In this document: piece by piece, positions 1-9,855 of the stretch
Position numbering within the stretch: position 1 is the first letter of the stretch
Layout of the letters: each line of letters starts with the position of its first letter
Assembly: GCA_027036135.1 (NCBI GenBank)
Contig: JALVSY010000016.1
Location: 416,001-480,000, forward strand
Direction: 5' to 3'
Length of the DNA stretch: 64,000 bases
Source of the DNA: Pyrodictiaceae archaeon
GTDB taxonomy: Archaea > Thermoproteota > Thermoprotei_A > Sulfolobales > Pyrodictiaceae
The notes under the pieces: model-generated
What the model was told of the DNA's origin: nothing
Databases searched by the model: none
The model's input: the letters and a program-made list of their open reading frames with translations, nothing else
Translations under genes and position numbers: made by a program

Positions 1-876
1 CGTGGCTGCAAGTTCTGCAGCGTTACTCTGAGACCCCTACGCTTCATACCGCTTGACCGAATAGAGGCAGAGATAAGGCTCAACCTAGAGAACGGCACTG
101 GCGGCTTCCTCTTCCATAGCGAAGACGTGTTACTCTATGGAGCAGACGTGGTTAAGCCGCGCGAGGAGCCCCTCATAAAGCTCCATAGGCTTGCTGCGAG
201 GTATCTCGAGAAGTACGAAGCTGGGTTCGGCTGGGGCCATGCAAGCCTAGCGGCCGTTAAGTACGCACAGGAGCATGGAAGAATAGTGTCAAAGATAACA
301 GAGCTAGTACTTGACAGCGATGTGAGAAAGATACTGGGCGTAGAGGTTGGTCTCGAGACGGGCTCGGTTAGGCTTGCTAAGAAGATAATGCCTGCGAAGG
401 CAGCGCCCTATCCCGCTGAGAAGTGGCCAGAGGTTGTGGAGGACGCGTTCGCGATAATGGCTGATAATAATATCATCCCGGCTGCGACCTTCATACTAGG
501 TTTGCCGGGGGAGACCGAGGACGATGTCTATGAGACGATAGAGGTTATTGAGAGGCTAAGGCCTTACCCGAGCCTAATCGTTCCAATGTTCTTCGTCCCA
601 ATGGGTATGTTGAGGAATCTTGAGGGCTTTAAGAGAGACTATATACGCGACTACCACATAGATGCGATGAAGGTGGCAGCTGATCACACCATATACTGGG
701 CGAGGCACATTATATCAAAGGGCTACCTCGATAAGCCTCAACACGCACCGCTAAGAGCAGCATTAAAGCTATTCCTCTGGTATGCGGAGAAGAAGATAAG
801 AAAGAGCTACGAGTACTACCGTGAGCTCTTCAGTGCTCCGAGAGCAGAGACTAAGATAGCAGCTATAGAGGCGTAA
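1..876 (+). CDS. Radical SAM protein, B12-binding-type archaeal family (5' truncated by window edge)
   Basis: Frame 1 is open from base 1 and reads RGCKFCSVT (end of the CxxxCxxC motif). Also carries GLETGS and FILGLPGET motifs. Paralogous to the CDS at 50006-51634. Confidence 0.85.
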   Translation, partial: RGCKFCSVTLRPLRFIPLDRIEAEIRLNLENGTGGFLFHSEDVLLYGADVVKPREEPLIKLHRLAARYLEKYEAGFGWGHASLAAVKYAQEHGRIVSKITELVLDSDVRKILGVEVGLETGSVRLAKKIMPAKAAPYPAEKWPEVVEDAFAIMADNNIIPAATFILGLPGETEDDVYETIEVIERLRPYPSLIVPMFFVPMGMLRNLEGFKRDYIRDYHIDAMKVAADHTIYWARHIISKGYLDKPQHAPLRAALKLFLWYAEKKIRKSYEYYRELFSAPRAETKIAAIEA

Positions 877-883
877 GTCTGGG

Positions 884-1606
884 CTATTTTTCTGCGCCGA
901 ACTTCTCTACTAGTCCCAGTTCCTGTACCTGCCTAGCAGCCTCCTCTAGGTCCTTTACCGTGTCTATGCTGCGCCAATAGACGTCGCGGAACTTTACCCC
1001 CAGTAGCTTCTTCTCCTCAGCTAGCTCCGGGAAGCCCTGCCTCTCTATATCGCCCTTGTCTGGTAGGTAACTGAATATGGTTGGTTTCATAGCATATACT
1101 CCTGCGTTTATCCAGTACTCGAGCATCGGTTTCTCTATGAACCGTATTATCCTGTCCTCCTCGTCTACCTCGACCACGCCGTAAGGGCTGCGAAGCGGGA
1201 CAAGAGCTATGGCAGCTACAGTGTTGCTCTCAGCCCTTATCTTGTCGAGTAGCTTGTTTACATCTAGGTCGGTTATTATGTCGCCGTTAAGGACTATGAA
1301 GACATCTTCTCCTTTGAGCAAGTGCTCAGCATTCTTAATAGCCCCGCCGGTACCCAGTGGCTCATCCTCGACGACGTATGCTATGCTTACTCCTAGCCTC
1401 TTGCCGGAACCCAGGTGCTCGACAAGCTTCTCCCACTTATAGCCAGCAGCTACTATGAACTCTCGTATACCATGGCTTCGTAGCCACAGTATCTGCCACT
1501 CAATAATAGGCCTACCCGCGACCTCGACGAGGGGCTTAGGCCTATCAATAGTGAGAGGGCGTAGTCTTTTACCAAAGCCTCCTGCGAGTATAAGGGCTTT
1601 AACCAA
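884..1606 (-). CDS. Sugar-phosphate nucleotidyltransferase (NTP_transferase family)
   Basis: [17 protein letters not shown] signature, [22 protein letters not shown]. Confidence 0.9.
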   Translation of the reverse strand: MVKALILAGGFGKRLRPLTIDRPKPLVEVAGRPIIEWQILWLRSHGIREFIVAAGYKWEKLVEHLGSGKRLGVSIAYVVEDEPLGTGGAIKNAEHLLKGEDVFIVLNGDIITDLDVNKLLDKIRAESNTVAAIALVPLRSPYGVVEVDEEDRIIRFIEKPMLEYWINAGVYAMKPTIFSYLPDKGDIERQGFPELAEEKKLLGVKFRDVYWRSIDTVKDLEEAARQVQELGLVEKFGAEK

Positions 1607-1684
1607 GGCTGGGTACCCGCCTCCAAGTATTATTGTTCCAGGGGCTAGTGAAAATCTGTGACTCGCTCGTGGGCTAGCCGGGCT

Positions 1685-3217
1685 CTATGGCAGTACTTTT
1701 ATCAGCATGCCCTCTACCGCCACGGGGCTCATGGTTGCTAGTACCTGGAGGGCCTCCTTGAGCTTGGTTTTACTATTCGCATAGATTGTTAGGAGTGGGT
1801 CGCCTTTCGAGACGCGGTAACCTACTTTGACGTGGAGCCTTATCCCTGCTCTCTTATCCTGTGGCGCGCCAGCTGCGCGGGCAGCCATGGTTATGACGTG
1901 GTTATCTACGTGCGTCACTGTCCCCTCGCTGGTTGACTCGAGGGTGTAGGTGTACTTCCCTAGCTCTATGTCCTCGGGCTTGATATCTGGGTCTCCCTCC
2001 TGGGCTTCTAGCATCTCGCGGAACTTCTGGTAGGACTTACCGCTACGAAGTATCTCGCATGCCTTGTCGAAGCCCTTGCCGGGGCCACTTACACCCCCCA
2101 TCTCTAGCAGTAGCCCTGCTATGCTACAAGCCTTTGTCACGAGGCTTGGGCTGCCACCGCCCTTCATTAGGGTTTCTAGGGCTTCTCGGGCCTCTAGCGC
2201 GGGGCCAACAGTGAATCCTATTGGTTCCCCGCCGTAGGTCAGGGCTATTCGTAGCTTTATCCCGAGTCGCCCAGCTTGTTGCAGGAACATGCTTGCTAGC
2301 CTCTCAGCCTCGGCTTCTGTCTCAACCTTGGCTCCCTTCCCCATTGGTATGTCGAGTACTAGTGTTGAGACGCTCATAGCCAGTTTCTTAGCCAATATGC
2401 TCGCAACTAGTTGTACTGGTGGGTCAAGGCCTAGCTTTCTCTCAACACGTACAAATATGTCGTCGGCTGGTGCCAGGTTTAGGCTACCGCCCCAGGCGAG
2501 GACTCCTCTAACCTTCTTGGCTATGTCCCGTATCTCATCGGGGCCAAACGCGACTCTCGCCAAGACCTCCATGGTATCGGCTGTGCCGGCTGGGCTGGTT
2601 ATAGCCCGGCTACTAGTCTTTGGGATAAGCAGCCCTGTTGAAGCAACTGTTGGTACAGCTAGTAGCGCGACCTTACTATTACCCGGTACCCCTCCGATGC
2701 TGTGCTCATCGAATACGGGCTCGCCGAACTCCACAACGGTGCCTGTCTCCACCATTGCTCTTATGAGGTACTCTAGCTCCTCCTCATCCATGCCCCTCAT
2801 GGTCTGAGCCGAGAGGAACGCAGCTATGCCAGCGTCGTCATAGTAGCCCTGCACAATATCAGCTATAATAGCCTTAATCTCCTTGGGTCCCAGTTTCTCG
2901 CCTCGGAGCCTGCGCTGGAGGAATCCTAAGCTACTGGGCACACCTAGTGGAACCACATGGACGGATTCGCAGCCAGTAATCTTTATCTTCTCATAGATAC
3001 CCTCGGAGACAACAACTGTGCCTGGCTCAACATCCCTTGACACGAGCAAGGCGGCTCCACAGCCGCAGTGAGCACATATGAGCTGGACACGTTCCCCGGG
3101 CAGGACTCCCAGAGCAGAGGCGTCGCCAGGGCTTAGCATTACTACGTCAAGGCTACCAGCGCGGAGCTTAGAAGCTACGACACGGAACCTCTTATGCACA
3201 TGGAGCTCCTCAGCCAA
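1685..3217 (-). CDS. AMP/nucleoside monophosphate phosphorylase (thymidine phosphorylase family)
   Basis: HSIGGVPGN, PKTSSRAITSPAGTAD, IGxTVGPALEA motifs. 510 aa with the N-terminal extra domain typical of archaeal AMP phosphorylases. Confidence 0.92.
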   Translation of the reverse strand: MAEELHVHKRFRVVASKLRAGSLDVVMLSPGDASALGVLPGERVQLICAHCGCGAALLVSRDVEPGTVVVSEGIYEKIKITGCESVHVVPLGVPSSLGFLQRRLRGEKLGPKEIKAIIADIVQGYYDDAGIAAFLSAQTMRGMDEEELEYLIRAMVETGTVVEFGEPVFDEHSIGGVPGNSKVALLAVPTVASTGLLIPKTSSRAITSPAGTADTMEVLARVAFGPDEIRDIAKKVRGVLAWGGSLNLAPADDIFVRVERKLGLDPPVQLVASILAKKLAMSVSTLVLDIPMGKGAKVETEAEAERLASMFLQQAGRLGIKLRIALTYGGEPIGFTVGPALEAREALETLMKGGGSPSLVTKACSIAGLLLEMGGVSGPGKGFDKACEILRSGKSYQKFREMLEAQEGDPDIKPEDIELGKYTYTLESTSEGTVTHVDNHVITMAARAAGAPQDKRAGIRLHVKVGYRVSKGDPLLTIYANSKTKLKEALQVLATMSPVAVEGMLIKVLP

Positions 3218-3416
3218 GACAAGGTCATCCTCCAGCCACGTAGGTATGCTAAGGCCTCCTAGTTCCCCGCGATGAAGAGGTTGGGTCTGACCCTCGGTGA
3301 ACGTTTTTAGGCAAGAACTAGTAAGTCTTCCCGGTTTCTAATAAGCCTTACCAGGTCCGCTTACGAGTGATGACCAATAATCTCTGCAGAGAAGTAAGCC
3401 TCCTCTTCCTCTACAG

Positions 3417-4000
3417 CTACATGCTAGTCGAGCCAGCGAGTAGCGTCGCCACTATCGCTGTGAGGAGTACCACCTCAGCCAGCTCAGCTAGTAGAGTACC
3501 AGATTTAAGCCCAGTAAAAACTATTATAGATGACATAGTTAGCCTCGCAGCGAATAAGTTAGCTGCTTTGATTCCAAAGCTCTTAGAGGGTACTAGGAGC
3601 CTTAGCCCGATATAGGTGGCTAGTATCTTTGAGGGATAACTAGCAATGAGAAGCACCAATGCTATCGGCCAGCACCTAGACAGCTCGGCCACAGCCACAT
3701 CCATCCCGGCCGTGACGAAGAATATCGGGGCTAGGAAGCCAAAGATCACTGCGCCTATCTCGTCCATCGCCTCTGTTCTCTTAGACACTGTCTCTGCCAG
3801 GGCTAGCCAACTATGAACGAGAAGAGAACAGCATGTATACCAACAGCCTCGGAGAACAATATGACGCTTAGCAACAAGGCAAGCATTATACGGATCTATG
3901 CCTCGTGCCTCAGCCAAGGCGCTCTCGGGACAGAAAGCCTAGGAGTGGAGGCACTAGCACGAGAGCAGCGATGTACATTACTAGCAACGGTATTCATAAT
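3417..4000 (-). pseudogene. Remnant of a cation:proton antiporter (CPA2-like C-terminal part)
   Basis: IGAVIFGFLAPIFFVTAG and hydrophobic helices resemble a Na+/H+ antiporter C-terminus. The N-terminal part is missing or out of frame; upstream boundary approximate. Confidence 0.55.
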
Positions 4001-4168
4001 GCTAGCAGAAAGACCCTTGGATAGCTACTCTGTGCCTTAACGGGATAGGGTTTCCCTCAATCACGTTATGCCATATCTTTATATAGTTGTCCTCCCCTCC
4101 TAATAATATAATGAGGGACAAGCACGGCTAGGAGCATAGCTCCTTATCTCAATTGGGGGTGAGGCCTC

Positions 4169-4747
4169 ATGGTAGCGCAGGAGACCCCTCTCAAGATCAG
4201 AGAGGTAACGATACCAGTCGAGGTGCCGGTAAAGCCTGTATCCAAGAGGGAGATTAAGCAACTAGAAGCAGTACTGATAATAGGCACGCTATTCCGCCCA
4301 GACGTGCTCCAGGCAGCGCTCAGCAAGGAAGAGTTCCTAACATGGGTCGATAGCCTCGCTGTCGCAGCAGCAGCACTAGCGATGGAGAAGGCAGGGTACA
4401 CAGTCTCACAGATAGCTGAGGAGCTCGGCAGAACAGAGGCAACAATAAGGAGACACCTAAGAGGCGAAACCAAGGCTGGCAAGCTTGTCCGCGAGACCTA
4501 CGATATGCTTGTCCGCGGCGAGCTAAAGATGGCAGTACCAATCGTTAGCCCAGAGGCAGAAGAGGAGCTAAAGAAGCTACAGGAACAAGTAAAGCAGCTA
4601 GAAGAAGAGGTAAAGAAGCTAAGAACAGAGAACATCGAGATCAAGGAGAAGCTAGAAAAACTAGAGGAAGCCCGCAAGAAGGCCGCAGAGGAAATAGCCA
4701 AGGCCATAGAGAGCCTCAACAAGGCAAAAGAAGCACTCGCGTCCTAG
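4169..4747 (+). CDS. HTH transcriptional regulator with C-terminal coiled coil
   Basis: GYTVSQIAEELGRTEATIRRHLRGETKAG helix-turn-helix; GGGGGTGAGG SD-like sequence upstream. Confidence 0.8.
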   Translation: MVAQETPLKIREVTIPVEVPVKPVSKREIKQLEAVLIIGTLFRPDVLQAALSKEEFLTWVDSLAVAAAALAMEKAGYTVSQIAEELGRTEATIRRHLRGETKAGKLVRETYDMLVRGELKMAVPIVSPEAEEELKKLQEQVKQLEEEVKKLRTENIEIKEKLEKLEEARKKAAEEIAKAIESLNKAKEALAS

Positions 4748-5007
4748 ACCCTCCAAGCACCTCCGACAACGTTCTTTTTATTCCTTCCTTGATAAGGCTA
4801 GTCGGTATTTTCACGCCTCTGCGCAGACTTCCTAACTATATTACTTCTACTCAAAGTAGTATAGTGTTTTGAGTACACGTACTCTCCTCAACCTATAGCG
4901 TAAAGCATAGAGAACCATGCCTAGCCTATAGTGTAGTTTCTTAGCAGGATAACCTAATCTAAATAGACCTAGAATAAGGAAATAGAGACAGCTAGGGGAA
5001 CGCTCTC

Positions 5008-5605
5008 TTGGCCCAAGATATTGTAGAGCTCCTCGAGAAGCCGCTGCCTCGGCCCAAGCGAGATCTTGTAAGCTATGCTTCTGCCCGCGTCCTAGAGGCG
5101 TTGCTGGAGGCATTGCTCGCTCTTGAGTTCCTCGCAAGGGGCTATACCAGGAATGCCGCTGGTAAGGCCTTCCAGGCGTGGCGGGCCCTTACAGCAGCGC
5201 TACTAACACTCGAGAAAGACAAGATAGCTAATGCGCTAGGAAGGGAAGAAGAGAAGAAATGGCTAATAGAAGTAGCGATACCCCGCGCACCTAGTAGTAG
5301 GCTCAAACCATTAGCAGGGCTATTGGAAGGAAGTAGCCGGGCTACCCTATTACTACCCTCTTACAGACAAGGCACTAAGTCTCCACGATTACCAGTACCA
5401 TGGCCCTGATCCTTCCGGGGAGCTAAGCAAGCATCCGGATCGCGAGGAAGCAGTCCACGATATACTCTACCTAGCGGCAAGGCTAGCGGATATGGTGGAA
5501 GAGCGAGTAAAGCCGAGGCTAAGAGAAATGGGTAAGTGGACGCGCGACCATGAGGAGTCTCTGCGAAGGCTACGTGAGAGACTCGCGTCTTGGAGCCAGC
5601 ACTAG
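5008..5605 (+). pseudogene. PaREP1-family protein, frameshifted
   Basis: RNAAGKAFQAWRA PaREP1 motif. After a 1-nt shift at ~5328 the frame continues ...DKALSLHDYQYHGPDPSGELSKHPDREEA... to TAG at 5603-5605. Confidence 0.8.
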
Positions 5606-5701
5606 CGGCGAATAGTTCCTTGCGCCCTACTAGGGCTTCAATTTGGCTCCTTAATCGTCCCAAATACATATAAAGTAACTGAGTATCTCGTTATGTTTCC
5701 T

Positions 5702-6691
5702 CTAATCGCATAGCCTTAGCAGGGCTCCACGATTCCTAGGGCTTGTCACGAAGTATTTCTCAACGCTTATGCCCATTGCTTGTAGCTTCTCGAGCGCGTG
5801 TCTAGCTATTTTTTCTGCGTCATTGAGGGGGGCTACTGCGTAGGCTGCTGGTCCCCAGCTGCTCTGCCCTGCTCCTAGCCCCCCAGCCTCCCTTAGAGCC
5901 TCGACGGCTGCCTCTGTTTGTCTACAACAATACCTAGCGCTTTGTTGCTTTGAGAAGTACTCGCCCGTAACTCTGTCTATGAGGGATAGTGTGTCTCCGA
6001 AGGCCTCTATATCGTTGTGTGCTACGGCTCTTAGAAGCTCTATGAGTGCTACATACAGTTCTCGTTGCTTATCCTGGCTAAGGGGCTGTGGCGCCTCTAG
6101 CTCTCTTCTCTCCGCGGGGCCTTCTGGTAGTCCGCGTGGAGCCCTGGGCAAGATGACTATGAATGCCCAGTCGCTGGGCACCTCTAGCCTGGCAATAGCC
6201 CTCGGGAGCTCAGTGACGTTACTAGGTGGCCTAATGACGCCGTTCCTAGCAGGCCTACCGGAGTCAACGACTAGCCCGCCTCTCCGGAAAACCTCTATTC
6301 CTATCCCGGAGACGAAGCCCCTATGAGTCCGTAGTGCTAGCTCATAGATGCTCGGAGTCTCTCCTCGCAGTAGCGTAGCAGCTAGGCTTATTGAGAGTCT
6401 TAGCTGGGTAGTAGAGCCAAGCCCAACGTGTCTCTCGATGAGGCTTAGCACTTCTATACCTATATTGTCTCCTAGGAGTCCCTGTCTGCGCAGAAACTCT
6501 ACATCACGCTCAGCACCGCTTGGCACACGGGACGAGCCATTAATGCATAGGCGGACTCGTAGCCGTGGCTCCTCTAGCCCAACACCGATGCTTCCATAGG
6601 CAATTCCCGTGCCAGGGTCGTAGAAGTTGTAGAAGCCTAGGTGAAGCCTTGCACCCGTCTCAATCACTATGCAGCGAGGCGTAGAGGCCAA
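5702..6691 (-). CDS. GHMP-kinase-family protein, beta-ribofuranosylaminobenzene 5'-phosphate synthase-like
   Basis: GARLHLGF, HVGLGSTTQL, SGIG..F..GG.VVD.G, GQSSWGP motifs. Confidence 0.85.
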   Translation of the reverse strand: MASTPRCIVIETGARLHLGFYNFYDPGTGIAYGSIGVGLEEPRLRVRLCINGSSRVPSGAERDVEFLRRQGLLGDNIGIEVLSLIERHVGLGSTTQLRLSISLAATLLRGETPSIYELALRTHRGFVSGIGIEVFRRGGLVVDSGRPARNGVIRPPSNVTELPRAIARLEVPSDWAFIVILPRAPRGLPEGPAERRELEAPQPLSQDKQRELYVALIELLRAVAHNDIEAFGDTLSLIDRVTGEYFSKQQSARYCCRQTEAAVEALREAGGLGAGQSSWGPAAYAVAPLNDAEKIARHALEKLQAMGISVEKYFVTSPRNRGALLRLCD

Positions 6692-6738
6692 GCAAGGGCT
6701 CCCGCGAAGAAGAGAACAAGAACTGCTTGGATAAACCC

Positions 6739-7260
6739 TTAGCCCGTGAACTCTGTGAGGCTCGGCACCTTCTCGGCCCCGGTCTTCCGGGCTCTTCTCT
6801 TAGCCCTCCACTCCTTCTTTGCCCTGATTACCCCAGGTAGCCATTCTAGTAGGTCTAGCCTGCCACGCTGGTAAAGCACAACGGCGGCCGCGAGCTTATG
6901 GATGCAGAGAGGGTCCCCGGCTAGCCTCGTAGCTGGGCACTGGCAACTAGCCCCGTCCCTCGTGACATGTACTAGGTATACTTGTTGCTCCCCGGGTAGC
7001 TTGCCAATCTTTGCAGTAGTTATCCGCGTCTCCTTGCCTTTCAGCAGTGCCTCTAGGTCACGGTGGCTAACTATCCTTTCTGGGCTAAGTGAGCCCAGGC
7101 GCTGACTAGGTACAGCTATAACAGCTTCGTCTTCTCCGAGCCTCACTAACGTGGCTCTCCTGGCTAGTCTTAGTGCGCGCCTAGCATCTTCGTCGCTTAC
7201 GCCTAGCTCCCTTAGCCACTTGTACTCCTTGCCAGCCCTTAGTGCCTGCACAGCTCTCAC
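6739..7260 (-). CDS. SWIM zinc-finger protein
   Basis: CQCP...LCIH (CxC-xn-CxH) motif. Confidence 0.65.
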   Translation of the reverse strand: MRAVQALRAGKEYKWLRELGVSDEDARRALRLARRATLVRLGEDEAVIAVPSQRLGSLSPERIVSHRDLEALLKGKETRITTAKIGKLPGEQQVYLVHVTRDGASCQCPATRLAGDPLCIHKLAAAVVLYQRGRLDLLEWLPGVIRAKKEWRAKRRARKTGAEKVPSLTEFTG

Positions 7261-7407
7261 CCTCCATATACTCCTCAGTATTACCTATACCCGTTTATAT
7301 TCCTAGGGCAAAGCACTACCCCTGGCAACAGCGATACCATTGGAAGAAGATTAATGAGAGGCCATATACTCATACACATATTCACCGGGCTAGAGAGGCG
7401 AGAAGAT

Positions 7408-7992
7408 ATGCCCAAGGCGCTCTTCATAATAGAGGAGGGCTTTGACGACCTAGAGTTCTTCTATGCCTACCACAGGCTAATAGAGGAAGGCTTCACACCA
7501 GTCATCGCGTCCTCAAGGAAGTACGACGAAGTACCAGCCTACGACCCCGACACGGGTAAGCTAAGCCCACGCCCACGCAGAGTCAGGGGAAAGCACGGCC
7601 TAGAAGTAACCACTGATATCTCGTTCAAGGAGGCACTTGAGAGACTAGACGAATTCGACGTACTCGTAATCCCTGGTGGCCGAGGCCCCGAGCGCGCACG
7701 AAGACACAGAGAGGCACTCGAGATAGTGCGAAGAATGGCGGAGGCAGGCAAACCAATACTCGCTATCTGTCATGGCCCTCAGCTCCTAGTATCAGCTGGA
7801 GTAGCCCGTGGCAAGAAGATGACAGCTTACTGGGGCATAAGAGACGACATAGAGAATGCCGGGGCACAGTACATAGACGAGGACGCGGTACGCGATGACA
7901 ACATAGTAACAGTTAGGCACACTACAGTCCTAGGCAAGGGTGCCAAGCTGTTCATAGAACTACTACGCGAGAAAGGCCTAGTAAAGAGCTAG
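7408..7992 (+). CDS. pfpI: DJ-1/PfpI-family protease/deglycase
   Basis: GFDDLE, IPGG, AICHGP nucleophile-elbow motif; ATG at 7408 chosen as start. Confidence 0.85.
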   Translation: MPKALFIIEEGFDDLEFFYAYHRLIEEGFTPVIASSRKYDEVPAYDPDTGKLSPRPRRVRGKHGLEVTTDISFKEALERLDEFDVLVIPGGRGPERARRHREALEIVRRMAEAGKPILAICHGPQLLVSAGVARGKKMTAYWGIRDDIENAGAQYIDEDAVRDDNIVTVRHTTVLGKGAKLFIELLREKGLVKS

Positions 7993-8906
7993 CCTTGTTC
8001 GCAGACAAGGTCTTTTTCTTGGCACTTGTTTGTCTCCAGCTGTATCGTTGCATGTGTTACTCCTATCCTTCGAAGCCTGGCCTCGATCTCGTTTATTATC
8101 CCTTGTGCCTTGCTAAGAGGCATATCCTTAACCTCTACGTGGCATTCAAGCAGCACATCTTTCTCGCCAAGACGCCAAGCATGGCAATGATGCACGTTAA
8201 GCACCCCCGGAACTGATTCGATCTCTCTACGCACCTTCTCTAGGTCAATAGGAGCAGCCTCCATGAGTATCTCGGCGCTCTCACGAAGCACACTAACAGC
8301 TTCTACAACGATATACAAGATAATAATGATGGAGGCTAAGGGATCGAAGAAGTATAACCCTGTATACTTTACCACTAATGCGCCTAGTACAACGATTACG
8401 GATGAGAGCGTATCGCTCAATAAGTGGAGATAAGCGGATCGTATATTCAGGCTCCCTGACGCATGCTCTCTGAGAAGCAATGCCGATACAAGATTACCTA
8501 CTAGTGCTACAAACCCCACAAAGCCAATAACCCTCGCCTCTACGATAGCGGGGTGAAAGAGTTTTGAAACAGCCTCTACAACAACTATTGCCGACAAGAC
8601 GAGGAGAAGCGTTGAGTTAAAGAAGGCAGCTAGCACCTCTGCTCTACGATAACCAAACGTGTAGCGCAGAGAAGCTCTTCTACCAGCGACGAGCTTAGCT
8701 ACATAACTTACACCGAGGCTAAGAGTATCACCAAGATTATGAACAGCATCACTGATTAGCAGCATACTACCAGTAAGAACACCTATGACTAGTTCAATAA
8801 CGGTAATAGCGCTATTAATGACGATGGAGTATAGTAAGTGCCTCGAGGCAGAACCTATACCCCGGACTCGGCGAGCCACCACGAGTACACCAATTCCACA
8901 TAGCAT
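7989..8906 (-). CDS. Cation diffusion facilitator (CzcD/ZitB-like) transporter
   Basis: SDAVHNLGD, YTFGYRRAEVLAA, YLHLLSD motifs; true start may be slightly downstream. Confidence 0.9.
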   Translation of the reverse strand: MLCGIGVLVVARRVRGIGSASRHLLYSIVINSAITVIELVIGVLTGSMLLISDAVHNLGDTLSLGVSYVAKLVAGRRASLRYTFGYRRAEVLAAFFNSTLLLVLSAIVVVEAVSKLFHPAIVEARVIGFVGFVALVGNLVSALLLREHASGSLNIRSAYLHLLSDTLSSVIVVLGALVVKYTGLYFFDPLASIIIILYIVVEAVSVLRESAEILMEAAPIDLEKVRREIESVPGVLNVHHCHAWRLGEKDVLLECHVEVKDMPLSKAQGIINEIEARLRRIGVTHATIQLETNKCQEKDLVCEQG

Positions 8907-8929
8907 ATCCTAGTTAATCGCTGCTTTCC

Positions 8930-9322
8930 TTAACTCTTAATCTCGATCATTCTCCGATAATGCTCCCTTGCTTTCTCGAACTCTTCTTCGCTGTAGAGGT
9001 GTATATCTACGGGGTAGTCCCATGGGAGCCCGTAAAGGGTTACAGCTCTATCCTTTATATCGAGTCTCAGGTAGAGTTTCTTTCTCTCGTCACGGGGCAC
9101 GTTCTTGGAAACTACCACGATGTCTATGTCGCTTAGCACTGTTAAGCGGTTCTCAGCAGCACCGCCAACCACGTAGACCCTTGTATCCGGTCCCAGTAGG
9201 TCCCTGGCAGCCTTAGCGACAGCCCCGACATATAATCGCCACTGGCGAAGCCTCCGGTATAGCTCTACGAGTAGCTTCTCCAGGCTAGGCTTCCTTCTCA
9301 AGGCCTCTTCGCGCCTTCTCAA
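8930..9322 (-). CDS. Minimal nucleotidyltransferase (MNT), putative antitoxin
   Basis: VYVVGGAAENRLTVLSDIDI (GG in place of GS, then x10-DxD) and VDIH; overlaps the upstream HEPN gene. Confidence 0.85.
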   Translation of the reverse strand: MRRREEALRRKPSLEKLLVELYRRLRQWRLYVGAVAKAARDLLGPDTRVYVVGGAAENRLTVLSDIDIVVVSKNVPRDERKKLYLRLDIKDRAVTLYGLPWDYPVDIHLYSEEEFEKAREHYRRMIEIKS

Positions 9323-9725
9323 TGAACTCTATTACCTCCTTTGCAGCCTCTATGCATTTCTCGGCTTCCTCGCCGCTATAGTCTATGTATCCGTAGCGGC
9401 CCCGATAGTACGCGTCGTTAAGAAGCCAGAGGTCCTTACGACGCTTCTTGGCAAAGTCAGCAACAAGACCCGCTAATTCGCCTAGGCCACCCTCCTCTAG
9501 AACCCTGTACAAGAGCCCTAGCAGTTCATGAAGATCATGTATTCGGGGAGCGGAGCCTAATACCTCGTAGAGAAATGACTTAATAGCTAGCTGCGCAGCC
9601 TGCTCAGCCTCAAAACATGCAAGATCATACTCTCCTCTACCCATGCGCCACTTGGCACCCTCCAGCATTGCTAGTGCTCGTCTCCAGAGCTTGGCTACTA
9701 GCTCGCCACTAGACACCAAGAGCAC
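9285..9725 (-). CDS. HEPN domain protein
   Basis: YDLACFEAEQAAQLAIK, PRIHDL, Y..GRY motifs; paired with MNT. Confidence 0.85.
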   Translation of the reverse strand: MLLVSSGELVAKLWRRALAMLEGAKWRMGRGEYDLACFEAEQAAQLAIKSFLYEVLGSAPRIHDLHELLGLLYRVLEEGGLGELAGLVADFAKKRRKDLWLLNDAYYRGRYGYIDYSGEEAEKCIEAAKEVIEFIEKARRGLEKEA

Positions 9726-9855
9726 ACCGAGAAGTGATTATGCCTCTTAAGCATAATTTACTCTATATGCCTCGTTACCAGGAGCGTGATAAGCAAAGCA
9801 ATGTATGGAGAGAAAACAGCTCTAGCCTCTATTGCCTTGGTTTGAGCGCCCTGGC

